64,000 bases of DNA. Origin: Cytophagales bacterium. Lineage in GTDB: Bacteria; Bacteroidota; Bacteroidia; Cytophagales; JAAEPT01. The stretch spans positions 4,270,707 through 4,334,706 of the forward strand of contig OZ253953.1 of assembly GCA_965267335.1 (NCBI GenBank), written 5' to 3'. The notes beneath the pieces were generated by a model. That model was not told where the DNA came from. It saw only the letters and a program-made list of their open reading frames with translations, and did not search any database. Both the position numbers and the translations under genes were made by a program. Shown here piece after piece: positions 1 to 10,006 of the stretch (positions are counted from its first letter, which is position 1; each line of letters opens with the position of its first letter).

Positions 1-1816
1 CAGGAATGGAGTTACTCACATGAAAGTTAAAAACAAAGATCAAGGCTCCTCTTTTGAAAACAATGGTTTTGTTGATATGGTCCAGATTGAGCAGCTGACT
101 GGGCTCATTCAAAATATCCGAAGCTTTCACAAGCTCCACCATCGCTCTATCAAAGTTATTAAGGTGTTCGTAACGCAACTCGGGATTATCAACTAAGCTC
201 CATTGCCTTTTGCAATACTTGTAGCTCCAGCCATTTCCTTCTCTTGGAAAATCCACCCACTCCGGATGACCAAATTCGTTTCCTATAAAATTCAGGTATC
301 CCTCACCACCAGCAGCCATAGTGATCAAGCGAATCATTTTGTGCAAGGCAATTCCACGATCGATGATAAGACTTGAAGACTCCTTATCCATGTGCCAATA
401 CATCTCCTTATCCATCAACCAGAAAGCCAAGGTTTTGTCTCCGACCAAAGCCTGATCGTGAGATTCCGCATAGGCAATGGTTTTCTCACCATGTCTTCGA
501 TTGATGAGCATATTCCAAAGCTCATCGAGATTCCAATTCTCGTCCTGGGTGTGTTTTAAAACTTTGATCCAGTAATCCGGAATTCCCATGCCCAGACGGT
601 AATCAAACCCCAGGCCACCCTCATTAGTCTTTCTACAAAGACCGGGCATTCCACTCATATCTTCGGCAATGGATAAAGCATTGGGGTTAAGCTCCTTTAT
701 CAGGAGATTGGCCAGCTGTAGATATGTAATAGCATCCCATTCTACTCCTTCTTTGAAATACTTATCGTAGTGATCAAAAGCGATATTGCCATGATGAAAG
801 TATAGCATGGAGGTTACTCCGTCAAAACGGAATCCATCAAAATGATACTCCTCCATCCAATATCTGATATTACTCAATAAAAACTGCTGAACCTCTCTTT
901 TTCCGTAATTGAAGATTTTCGAATCCCATTGTTCGTGAGTTCCGCGGGCACCAGCATGAAAATACTGATCGCCAGTACCATCAAATTCATTGAGCCCTTC
1001 CGCGATATTCTTTACCGAATGCGAGTGAACTACATCAAGAAGCACATTGATTCCAAGACCATGTGCAGCATCTATCATTGACTTGAGTTCATCCGGTGTT
1101 CCAAAGCGAGAACTAGGAGCAAAAAAATTGGACACATGATACCCAAAAGACCCATAGTAGGGATGCTCCTGGACGGCCATTACCTGTATTGTGTTATAAC
1201 CCTGTTTTGCTATTCTAGGTAATATTTTTTGCTCAAACTCTTTATAGGTACCGACTCTTTCTTCCTCCTGTGCCATTCCTACATGGCATTCATAGATAAA
1301 TGGAGCGGTGTGGTTTCGAACAAGCTTGTCATTCTTCCAGTTGTAGTCTTCAACTGCGCTTCTGAAAACCGCGGAAAAGTCATTTGTTTCCGGGTCCTGC
1401 ACCACATAACTGGCATAGGCAGGAATCCGATCAAACTGCCCTTTATCTCCGGTTACACGGACTTTATACTTGCTACCAACCAAACCTTCTTGACTTGGAA
1501 CAAAGACTTCCCACACACCATTTTGTGCACGTTGAAGTTTAAAACTTCCGGCATCCCAGTTATTAAATTCCCCAACCAATGATAACTCATGAGCACCGGG
1601 AGCCCATTCCCGATACCACCAGCCATTTTCTTCTTGGTCATAGTTGAGGCCCAATGAGAAATACGCACCCGCAAAATCACGAAGTGAACCTGAACTATTT
1701 CGTATTGCCGCTAAAGCAAATTCAAAGCGGTCATTTCTGTCCCAAATGTCCTGATGGTATGGCTCCAACCAGGGATCATCCTGTATAACTTGAAAGGTCT
1801 TTTTGTTTGTCATCAT
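1..1816 (-). CDS. glgB: 1,4-alpha-glucan branching enzyme (GH13), 3' end runs off the window
   Basis: Absent from the ORF track because it is truncated. Manual translation from ATG at 1816 gives MMTNKKTFQVIQDDPWLEPY..., then YEWAPGA, YECHVGM, HPYYGSFGYHVSNFFA, DVVHSH, FDGFRFDGVTSM, IAEDMSG and YAESHDQALVGDKT, all branching-enzyme motifs. Confidence 0.93.
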   Translation of the reverse strand, partial: MMTNKKTFQVIQDDPWLEPYHQDIWDRNDRFEFALAAIRNSSGSLRDFAGAYFSLGLNYDQEENGWWYREWAPGAHELSLVGEFNNWDAGSFKLQRAQNGVWEVFVPSQEGLVGSKYKVRVTGDKGQFDRIPAYASYVVQDPETNDFSAVFRSAVEDYNWKNDKLVRNHTAPFIYECHVGMAQEEERVGTYKEFEQKILPRIAKQGYNTIQVMAVQEHPYYGSFGYHVSNFFAPSSRFGTPDELKSMIDAAHGLGINVLLDVVHSHSVKNIAEGLNEFDGTGDQYFHAGARGTHEQWDSKIFNYGKREVQQFLLSNIRYWMEEYHFDGFRFDGVTSMLYFHHGNIAFDHYDKYFKEGVEWDAITYLQLANLLIKELNPNALSIAEDMSGMPGLCRKTNEGGLGFDYRLGMGIPDYWIKVLKHTQDENWNLDELWNMLINRRHGEKTIAYAESHDQALVGDKTLAFWLMDKEMYWHMDKESSSLIIDRGIALHKMIRLITMAAGGEGYLNFIGNEFGHPEWVDFPREGNGWSYKYCKRQWSLVDNPELRYEHLNNFDRAMVELVKASDILNEPSQLLNLDHINKTIVFKRGALIFVFNFHVSNSIP

Positions 1817-1855
1817 ACGAAATCTACAAGTAGTTTATTGATTATCCTATTAAGA

Positions 1856-2797
1856 TCAGCGTAGAGTTAATTGAATCCAGGCAAATAATTCCATCAAAAG
1901 CGCTACTCCCAAATGAATTAGCACCCCTCCCCAAATACTTCTCGAGTAATATGCTAAAATCCCAAGAATATATCCTCCCAGAATCGAGCTATAAGTTTCT
2001 CCAATGGGCTTACCAAGATGATAAAAACAATAAACAACGGCCATTGGTAATATAGCATGCCTGCCCAATACTTTGATCATCCCGACAATTAAAAAGCCCC
2101 TGATCAACAACTCTACCATGATAAAATCCCAGGAATAAACTACCTCAAAGGAAGAGATGATCAGCCATTTGGGTTGATTAAAATAAGCAGCTGCTCGATC
2201 AGCTTTTATATCATTTGCCCGTGGGTAGGTTTCCAAAAAGCCCTCAGTTGTTGATGCCAAGTAAATTATTGGTGCCATGATTAACAAAAGCACCAAATAA
2301 GGTTTTACATCAAAAGACTTTGAATTAATTCCGTAAAAATTTTTCTCAGTCCTGTCCTTGCTCAGAAAATAGAAAGCTAGCAATGGCAGAAAAACTGTTA
2401 ACAACGATCTTCCGTTGCCAATGACGCGAAACCAGTACATCTGTACTGCGGGATCGGAATTGTAAAAAACTGCATTATGAAAATAAAAGCACTTATCAAT
2501 GGTCATCAGAGCTAGAGCAAAAAAGCTTTTGAGCCAAAACTGAGGGGAGGAAAAGACCTGGGCTTTTGTAAATAACCTCGTGAGCCAACAGGTAAAGTAA
2601 TAGGGGATAGCATAAATCAAAAAATACAGGGGGTATATAATAAAAGTCCCTTTATATTGTTGCTCAAACTGATCTTCCAGATCGTAGGCATAATTGATTG
2701 CAATAGACACCCCGACAAAGATCAATACTGCAAGATACAACCACAGGTTGAAATCCTGCTTCACAAAGGATTTGAGGTTTTTAAAGATTTTGCGCAT
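1856..2797 (-). CDS. CPBP (Abi/CAAX) family intramembrane glutamic endopeptidase
   Basis: Multi-TM protein with ELLIRG, YHLGKP and IHLGVA motifs. Confidence 0.8.
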   Translation of the reverse strand: MRKIFKNLKSFVKQDFNLWLYLAVLIFVGVSIAINYAYDLEDQFEQQYKGTFIIYPLYFLIYAIPYYFTCWLTRLFTKAQVFSSPQFWLKSFFALALMTIDKCFYFHNAVFYNSDPAVQMYWFRVIGNGRSLLTVFLPLLAFYFLSKDRTEKNFYGINSKSFDVKPYLVLLLIMAPIIYLASTTEGFLETYPRANDIKADRAAAYFNQPKWLIISSFEVVYSWDFIMVELLIRGFLIVGMIKVLGRHAILPMAVVYCFYHLGKPIGETYSSILGGYILGILAYYSRSIWGGVLIHLGVALLMELFAWIQLTLR

Positions 2798-2802
2798 ATG
2801 TA

Positions 2803-2845
2803 AACTGCCTCAACAAATGTCGTACAAACATTCACTGAGGCAGTT
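2803..2845 (-). terminator. Stem-loop between the OmpA-family gene and the CPBP gene
   Basis: AACTGCCTCA...TGAGGCAGTT perfect 10 bp inverted repeat; weak U-tract. Confidence 0.45.
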
Positions 2846-2872
2846 AAATTAGTTAAATAATACTTGATTGCG

Positions 2873-4525
2873 CTATAAGACCTTGACTTCTATTCGCCTG
2901 TTTTCTTCTCGGCCCTCAGCGGTATTGTTACTTGCAATATTTTTCTTGGCCCCATAACCTTTTACCTTAATTCGCTCGGAAGGCACTCCTTTCATTTCCA
3001 GCAATTCTTTATAGGCTTTGGCTTGCTTTGGGGTTCGGTCATTGTGATAAGTATATTTCAAAACCATAATTGGCTCCGGCTTTACAGTATCTGGAACTAA
3101 AGTAACATTGCCAAGGCTGTCCGTAATGGCAATTTTAGCCGTATCAGGAACCTCAATATAGGTTGTATCAATAATCAACTCGGTTAAATCAGCATCGCTG
3201 CGAATCGTATCCTTTAACACCTCATCGGTATGCACCCCGATTTCAATGTTCAGTGCAGGATTGTTTCTTAACATCAGCAGAAGTCTTTTAATATCCCTAT
3301 CCGAATCTTCAGTCAGTTCAGTACTACCCCTTTCAAAGTCACTAGTCTTCAAGACAAAGGACTTCCCTTTCACCAACTTAGGGACTTCAATAATTTCTTT
3401 ACGCAGATCAAATTTTTCCTGATCCTTTAAGTCAATAACCTCAGCAAAAAAAGCGTGTTTCTTATCCAGCACCTGAATTGAAAAGTCGTACTTTCTTTTA
3501 CCTCCCATTGGTAAAAAGAACCTTCCATCATCTTCAGGGCGAGCTGTATAAACCAACTCTTTTGTATCCATATCCACAGCTTGTATAATTGACTTCAGTG
3601 GTTTTTTAGATCCTTCTTCCACGATCTTGCCAACAAACAACATAACCGGGTTTGGTTTATATTCGTCAGGAATTTTCACTGTAAATAAGTCTTCGGTAGC
3701 GTTATCAGCATCGTCCTGAAAAGCGTGTATTGTACCCCTCGCCTGTGCATCTACTGCTGTAAAAATATCGTCTCCCTCAGTATTAATAAAATCCCAAGGC
3801 TTAGGATCAGTCCATTTGCCCTCTACCTTCTGAGTCATGTAAAGGTCATACCCGCCTTTTCCTCCTGCTCTTTTAGAGCTAAAAAGCAGGGTAACCCCAT
3901 CTGAAAGAATTTTAGGAGCCATATCTTGCCCATTTGTGACATTCGATGGCAACGCTTCTGGCTCGCCCCAGGAATTCCCTCTCCTTTCAGCAACCATGAT
4001 AGTTCCTTCTACAAGTTCAGTGTTCTTTAACAAACCATTCTGCCGGACAAAAAAGAGATAGTTACCGTCTGCAGACAAAGAAGGACAAAGATCAGATTGA
4101 TCAGAATTTACCGGCATTGCCAAATTCTCCGGAGTACTAATATTACCTCCACCGGTCAAATCGGCTCTCCATATGTCCCAATTTCCAACACCGCCATACT
4201 TTACCGAGGAATAGTATAATTCAGATCCATCAAAACTAAGTGCATACCCCCCTACATAGTTAAGCTTAGTAGATTTGTTGAGCAGCTCAATTTCTACCGG
4301 AGCCCCCCATTTACTTCCATTTTTTCGGGTTATGTATAAATTCCACTCTTTCTTTCTGGAGTCTTCCCGCATGAACACCATGGTACGTCCATCACCACTA
4401 ATGGCGGGGCCGCGCTCGTGCTCAAGGGCATTACTGACGGTTTTACTTACGGGAATTTTTATCAGCTGCGCACTAAGTGGTATAGCAAATAATGCACATA
4501 AGGAAGTAACCAGGAATTTTCTCAT
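2873..4525 (-). CDS. PD40 repeat + OmpA C-terminal domain protein
   Basis: Signal peptide, PD40 repeats (PAISGDG, PSLSADG, LFSSKRAGGKGGYDLY), C-terminal GYG...NNTAEGREENRRIEV. Confidence 0.85.
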   Translation of the reverse strand: MRKFLVTSLCALFAIPLSAQLIKIPVSKTVSNALEHERGPAISGDGRTMVFMREDSRKKEWNLYITRKNGSKWGAPVEIELLNKSTKLNYVGGYALSFDGSELYYSSVKYGGVGNWDIWRADLTGGGNISTPENLAMPVNSDQSDLCPSLSADGNYLFFVRQNGLLKNTELVEGTIMVAERRGNSWGEPEALPSNVTNGQDMAPKILSDGVTLLFSSKRAGGKGGYDLYMTQKVEGKWTDPKPWDFINTEGDDIFTAVDAQARGTIHAFQDDADNATEDLFTVKIPDEYKPNPVMLFVGKIVEEGSKKPLKSIIQAVDMDTKELVYTARPEDDGRFFLPMGGKRKYDFSIQVLDKKHAFFAEVIDLKDQEKFDLRKEIIEVPKLVKGKSFVLKTSDFERGSTELTEDSDRDIKRLLLMLRNNPALNIEIGVHTDEVLKDTIRSDADLTELIIDTTYIEVPDTAKIAITDSLGNVTLVPDTVKPEPIMVLKYTYHNDRTPKQAKAYKELLEMKGVPSERIKVKGYGAKKNIASNNTAEGREENRRIEVKVL

Positions 4526-4651
4526 AACTGTAAATTAAAATAGAAGTTAAATGGATTAGCCTTTCAGACAAACCAAGTTTTAATCTACAAAATTCCTCCC
4601 AAATATTATTCCAATTGTTAGAAAGGTCTGAAAACTCTATTAAAACAGAGC

Positions 4652-6454
4652 TTAATCAGCTTTCGCGTGTTTCTTTCTAGCCTCTTCTGTTAGGTGGATT
4701 TTCCTCAATCGAATTGATTCAGGAGTAACTTCCACATACTCATCGGCCTGGATATATTCTAAAGATTCTTCCAGAGAAAATTTAATCGCAGGCGGTAGTT
4801 TCACCTTGTCATCAGCACCGGCTGAACGCACATTGGATTGCTTTTTGGCTTTTCCAATATTCACCGTCAAATCATTTTGCCTGGAATGTTCTCCAACGAT
4901 CTGCCCTTCGTAAATTTTTTCTCCAGGGTTGATAAAGAACTTACCTCTGTCCTGGAGTTTGTCTAATGCATAGGCAAAAGTATCGCCTGTGGCCATTGAT
5001 ATCATCACACCTGCATTCCTTGTAGGTATATCACCCTTCCATGGTTCATAACCTTTGAATCGATAGGCCATTACCGCCTGACCTGCAGTAGCAGTAAGTA
5101 CGTTATTTCTTAGCCCGATTAGTCCTCTGGAAGGAATTTCAAATTCAATCCTCACCACATCACCTTTTGGTAACATAGAAATCATGTCCCCTTTTCTCAA
5201 CGAAACGAGCTCGATTACCTTTCCAGAGGTTTCTTCTGGTACATCCACAGTAAGTATTTCAATTGGCTCGCACTTCTTACCATCTATTTCCTTGATGATA
5301 ACTCTTGGCTGGCCAACCTGGAATTCATACCCTTCCCTTCTCATTGTTTCGATGAGTACTGATAAGTGAAGAATTCCCCGACCATAGACCAGGAAGCTGT
5401 CGGCACTATCTGTGTCGTGAACCCTTAAGGCAAGGTTCTTCTCCAGCTCTTTCTGAAGCCTGTCATGAATATGTCTTGACGTTACATATTTACCCTCCTT
5501 ACCGAAGAATGGTGAATTATTGATAGTAAAAAGCATATTCATCGTAGGTTCGTCCATAGCAATCGGGGGCAGACCTTCAGGGTTTTCAAAATCCGCAATG
5601 GTATCACCAATTTCAAACCCTTCAATACCGGCAATGGCGACTATTTCTCCTGCCTCTGCCGATTCTATTTTTTCTTTCCCAAGTCCTTCGTAGGAATATA
5701 TTTCCTTGACCCGACCTTTAGCGACAGAACCATCTCGCTTTACAATAGAAACGGGTTGATTAACCTTAATATCACCCCGGTTGATTCTACCAATAGCAAT
5801 ACGACCGACAAATGAAGAATAGTCAAGCGAAGTAATTTGTAACTGAAGATTTCCCTCAGATACAATTGGTGGCGGACATTCCTGAAGAATAATATCAAGC
5901 AAATAAGAAACATCTTCGGTTTGCTGATTCCAGTCAGGTCCCATCCAGTTATTCTTAGCTGAACCGAATACTGTCTCAAATTCAAGCTGCTCTTCCGTTG
6001 CTCCAAGGTTGAACATTAAGTCGAAAACAGCTTCCTGAGCTTCATCAGGTCTACAGTTCTCCTTATCAACTTTATTTACAACTACTATAATTTTTTTACC
6101 CAGTTCGATCGCTTTCTGAAGTACGAATCTGGTTTGCGGCATCGGACCTTCAAAGGCATCACATAGCAAAACAACCGCATCTGCCATATTCAGCACCCGC
6201 TCTACTTCACCTCCAAAATCGGAGTGACCAGGAGTATCTATAATATTAATTTTAACCCCTTTATATTCGATTGAAGCATTTTTCGCAAGAATGGTAATAC
6301 CTCTCTCGCGCTCGAGGTCATTGTTGTCCATGATAAGATCACCCGTTTCCTGATTATCTCTAAACAGGTTACAATAGTGCAACATTTTGTCTACTAAAGT
6401 CGTTTTACCGTGGTCAACGTGAGCGATAATTGCTATATTTCTTATTTCTTTCAC
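4652..6454 (-). CDS. typA: Translational GTPase TypA/BipA
   Basis: IRNIAIIAHVDHGKTT, ERERGITI, DTPGH, GRGILHLSVLIETMRREGYE. Confidence 0.98.
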   Translation of the reverse strand: MKEIRNIAIIAHVDHGKTTLVDKMLHYCNLFRDNQETGDLIMDNNDLERERGITILAKNASIEYKGVKINIIDTPGHSDFGGEVERVLNMADAVVLLCDAFEGPMPQTRFVLQKAIELGKKIIVVVNKVDKENCRPDEAQEAVFDLMFNLGATEEQLEFETVFGSAKNNWMGPDWNQQTEDVSYLLDIILQECPPPIVSEGNLQLQITSLDYSSFVGRIAIGRINRGDIKVNQPVSIVKRDGSVAKGRVKEIYSYEGLGKEKIESAEAGEIVAIAGIEGFEIGDTIADFENPEGLPPIAMDEPTMNMLFTINNSPFFGKEGKYVTSRHIHDRLQKELEKNLALRVHDTDSADSFLVYGRGILHLSVLIETMRREGYEFQVGQPRVIIKEIDGKKCEPIEILTVDVPEETSGKVIELVSLRKGDMISMLPKGDVVRIEFEIPSRGLIGLRNNVLTATAGQAVMAYRFKGYEPWKGDIPTRNAGVMISMATGDTFAYALDKLQDRGKFFINPGEKIYEGQIVGEHSRQNDLTVNIGKAKKQSNVRSAGADDKVKLPPAIKFSLEESLEYIQADEYVEVTPESIRLRKIHLTEEARKKHAKAD

Positions 6455-6471
6455 CTTTGTATTATTTGCCG

Positions 6472-6479
6472 CAAAGGTA
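6472..6479 (-). promoter_or_regulatory. Bacteroidota -7 promoter element (TACCTTTG) for typA
   Basis: Matches TAnnTTTG 17 bp upstream of the GTG start. Confidence 0.65.
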
Positions 6480-6587
6480 TGATTTACAAATCTTAAAAAC
6501 TCATAAATACTGGAATTTAAAATGATTGGAAAGTGTTGGTATTGTGGATACTGACAAAAATCATAATGGGATTAAAGGATTATGCCT

Positions 6588-6595
6588 TATATTTG
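6588..6595 (+). promoter_or_regulatory. Bacteroidota -7 promoter element (TATATTTG) for the desaturase
   Basis: TAnnTTTG 17 bp upstream of ATG 6613; supports that start over 6526. Confidence 0.6.
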
Positions 6596-6612
6596 TACCG
6601 AAATACTATAAT

Positions 6613-7731
6613 ATGCCTTCAAAAGCACTCAAATTCAATCAAAATCATACTGAATTCTATCAAACCTTAAGAAAAAGGGTGGATGGATATTTCTCAGAAA
6701 AAAACATTTCCAAACACGCCAATACTAAAATGGTGCTCAAAACGATATTCTACCTCACTGTAGAGATAGGTCTTTGGACACTAATCGTATTTGGTGGATT
6801 TTCAATAGGGGTTTCCTATTTATTATGGGCTCTGCTGGGGCTGGCATTTGCTTTTACCAGTCTGAACATTGGCCATGATGCCATACATGGTGCCTATTCT
6901 AATAAAAAATGGGTGAATGGGCTATTCAGTCACACATTCAACTTCCATGGTGCTAGTGCCTATATGTGGACCAAAATGCACAACGCAGCACATCATACCT
7001 ACACGAATGTTGACGGATATGATGAGGACATAGAAGCGGTTCCTGTGCTTCGAATGAGTCCTGCTAAAAAATTGATGAAGATTCATCGCTTTCAGTATAT
7101 CTATTCGTTCTTCTTTTATGGATTGGCCACTCTTTCGTGGGTGCTTTTCAAGGATTACATAAAATTCTTTAAGAACGATGTAGGAAACTTCAATGGAACA
7201 AAACATCCGGCAAAGGAATATTTCTTCTTGTTCTTCTATAAGGCTATTTGCTACACCATTTATTTCGTAATACCATTTATGTTTATTGATATGCCCTGGC
7301 AGCATATTCTGGGAGGAATCCTTGTGATGCACTTTTGCGCGGGCTTTACCATTGCGATAATATTTATGCTCGCTCATGTGGTGGAGGAGACTCATTTTCC
7401 AATCCCGGATCAGAATGGAAGCCTTGAGAATTCCTTTGCAGTGCACCAACTGTACACAACAGCAAATTTTGCTCGTGAGAGCTGGCTGGCAGGATTCTTA
7501 ACCGGTGGACTGAACTTTCAGGTGGAGCACCATTTGTTTCCACATATTTGTCATATTCACTATCCGGAAATATCTAAGATTGTGGAGCAGACAGCCAATG
7601 AATATCAACTCCCCTACCTGGAGAGTAAAACGTTCTTTGGTGCCGTAGGATCACACATCAGGTTCCTGAAGCAGATGGGTCGCGTAGAAAAATACGTTCC
7701 CAAGACTGCCACAAACCTCGCGGCTGCTTAG
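6613..7731 (+). CDS. Membrane fatty acid (acyl-CoA) desaturase
   Basis: His boxes HDAIH, HNAAHH, QVEHHLFP. Confidence 0.92.
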   Translation: MPSKALKFNQNHTEFYQTLRKRVDGYFSEKNISKHANTKMVLKTIFYLTVEIGLWTLIVFGGFSIGVSYLLWALLGLAFAFTSLNIGHDAIHGAYSNKKWVNGLFSHTFNFHGASAYMWTKMHNAAHHTYTNVDGYDEDIEAVPVLRMSPAKKLMKIHRFQYIYSFFFYGLATLSWVLFKDYIKFFKNDVGNFNGTKHPAKEYFFLFFYKAICYTIYFVIPFMFIDMPWQHILGGILVMHFCAGFTIAIIFMLAHVVEETHFPIPDQNGSLENSFAVHQLYTTANFARESWLAGFLTGGLNFQVEHHLFPHICHIHYPEISKIVEQTANEYQLPYLESKTFFGAVGSHIRFLKQMGRVEKYVPKTATNLAAA

Positions 7732-8237
7732 TGAGACAAACTTCACAAATACTCCTCTTTTCTATGGTGTTGGTAATCGGATGCAAGTCATCAGGTTACT
7801 TTAAAGATCAGGAACTCAAAGGAGAGCGACTTTACGACAACCTCGTCATTTCTTTTCCGGAGTCTTACAAAGGTCAAGGCTATTTTGCGGGTGATGATTC
7901 CAAAGGCTTTAAGAAACAAAAAAATGATGGAAAGGTAGATTTCAGGTTTGAGACCGGAAGTCCGGTGGTAAGACAGCCTATACAAATTAGTTCGAAAGAG
8001 AAAACTAAAGTCCTCCCAACAGGATACGAATATAAAGCGACAACCAAAAACTCTGACAAGGTAGAGGGCCTTGTATTTGTGAGGTCGACTAATGCAAGAC
8101 TCAGAGACCGGGAAGCAATGTTTTTTCTGTACAATGCCGAAAAGAAATTATACATTGAGACATTAAAAGCTTCTTATATGTCGGACCTTTATGAAGAGGT
8201 TGAAGCTATTTTTAGGACTATCCGGGTTTCGGATTGA
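7731..8237 (+). CDS. Hypothetical lipoprotein
   Basis: Lipobox-like LVIGC; GTG start overlaps the desaturase stop. Confidence 0.6.
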   Translation: MRQTSQILLFSMVLVIGCKSSGYFKDQELKGERLYDNLVISFPESYKGQGYFAGDDSKGFKKQKNDGKVDFRFETGSPVVRQPIQISSKEKTKVLPTGYEYKATTKNSDKVEGLVFVRSTNARLRDREAMFFLYNAEKKLYIETLKASYMSDLYEEVEAIFRTIRVSD

Positions 8238-8251
8238 TTGAGAGTTCGTTT

Positions 8252-9654
8252 CTTCGTTGTCATTGCGAACCTTTTCGCACGATAGAAGAAAAGGTGTGGC
8301 AATCTGTCGGCTTGGGTGACCGAACAAGCAGATTGCTTCTCTTGGCTAGCGCCTCGATCGCAATGACGGCATCATTTTTAGCTTTGACTTCCAGGATTAG
8401 CCTAATTTTTATACTCCCCCTGCGGCAGGCAAACGCAAAGACACCAAGTTCGCGAAGTATTACTTAAAGCCAATACCTATCCCTTCGTTGTCATTGCGAA
8501 CCTTTTCGCACGATAGAAGAAAAGGTGTGGCAATCTGCCGGCTTGGGTGACCGAACAAGCAGATTGCTTCTCTCGACTAGCGCCTCGATCGCAATGACGC
8601 ATCATTTTTAGCTTTGACTTCCAGGATTAGCCTAATTTTTATGCTCCCCCTGCGGCAGGCAAACGCGAAGAGCCCTAAGGTTTCGCAAAGTTCACGAAGT
8701 ATTACTGGAAGACAATGCCTATCCCTTCGTTGTCATTGCGAACCTTTTCGCACGATAGAAGAAAAGGTGTGGCAATCTGTCGGCTTGGGTGACCAAACAA
8801 GCAGATTGCTTCTCTCGACTAGCACCTCGATCGCAATGACGCATCATTTTTAGCTTTGACTTTCAGGATTAGTCTAATTTTTATAACCCCTCCTGCGGCA
8901 GGCAACGGCAAAGACACTAAGTTCGCTAAGTTCACGAAGTATTACTGGAAGACAATACTTATCCCTTCGTTGTCATTGCGAACCTTTTCGCACGATAGAA
9001 GAAAAGGTGCGGCAATCTGTCGGCTTGGATGACCGAATGAACAGATTGCTTCTCTTGGCTAACGCCTCGATCGCAATGACGCATCATTTTTAGCTTTGAA
9101 TTCCAGGATTAGTCTGTTTTTATTAACCCCTCCTGCGGCAGGAAAACGCAAAGAGCCCTATAGTTTCGCAAAGTTCACGAAGTATTACTGGAAGACAATA
9201 CTTATCCCTTCGTTGTCATTGCGAACCTTTTCGCACGATAGAAGAAAAGGTGCGGCAATCTGTCGGCTTGGATGACCGAATGAACAGATTGCTTCTCTCG
9301 ACTAGCGCCTCGATCGCAATGACGCATCATTTTTAGCTTTGACTTCCAAGATTAGTTTAATTTTTTTACCCCCCCTGCGGCAGGCAAACGCAAAGAGCCC
9401 TAAGGTTTCGCTAAGTTCACGAAGTATTACTGGAAGACAATACTTATCCCTTCGTTGTCATTGCGAACCTTTTCGCACGATAGAAGAAAAGGTGTGGCAA
9501 TCTGTCGGCTTGGGTGACCAAACAAGCAGATTGCTTCTCTCGACTAGCACCTCGATCGCAATGACGCATCATTTTTAGCTTTGACTTTCAGGATTAGTCT
9601 AATTTTTATAACCCCTCCTGCGGCAGGCAACCGCAAAGACACTAAGTTCGCAAA
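8252..9654. repeat. Tandem array of six 231-243 bp structured palindromic units (REP/RPE-like core GTCATTGCGA...TCGCAATGAC)
   Basis: GTCATTGCGA starts at 8259, 8490, 8732, 8972, 9215 and 9457. Units are near-identical with nested inverted repeats; the last unit is truncated. Confidence 0.95.
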
Positions 9655-10006
9655 GGAGTATACCACAACTATGATACAACCTCACCTTTGCCATATCGAC
9701 CGACCAGTGAAAAATAACGATGTATTATTCTTATTAATTCGGTAAACAACCTTATCTGAAACAATGAAGGAGGGAGATATCTATCCAAATGAGGTCATGC
9801 GCCAATGTATCAAGCGATCAGCCGGAAAACCAAATCTACACGGTTCCAATAACCCAAATGCAACCATTACCCCATCGAATCCGTCAGAAATATAAAGTGT
9901 ATGATGGGGTTATTTTTAAAAACACTAGGATATCAATGAAATAATTAGAATCTTAAATGCCCCTGCCACGTATAACTAATTTTGGTCCAATAAGAACTAC
10001 TCGACT

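Noticed and set aside
1229-1680. ORFs 1229-1582 (+) and 1453-1680 (-)
   Set aside because: They overlap the truncated glgB frame, which has clear GH13 motifs.
8234-9578. ORFs 8234-8467, 8614-8853 and 9339-9578
   Set aside because: Chance frames through the repeat with TTG starts; indels break the frame between units.
8252-9654. CRISPR array interpretation
   Set aside because: Units are ~240 bp and similar throughout, there are no unique spacers, and no cas genes are in the window.
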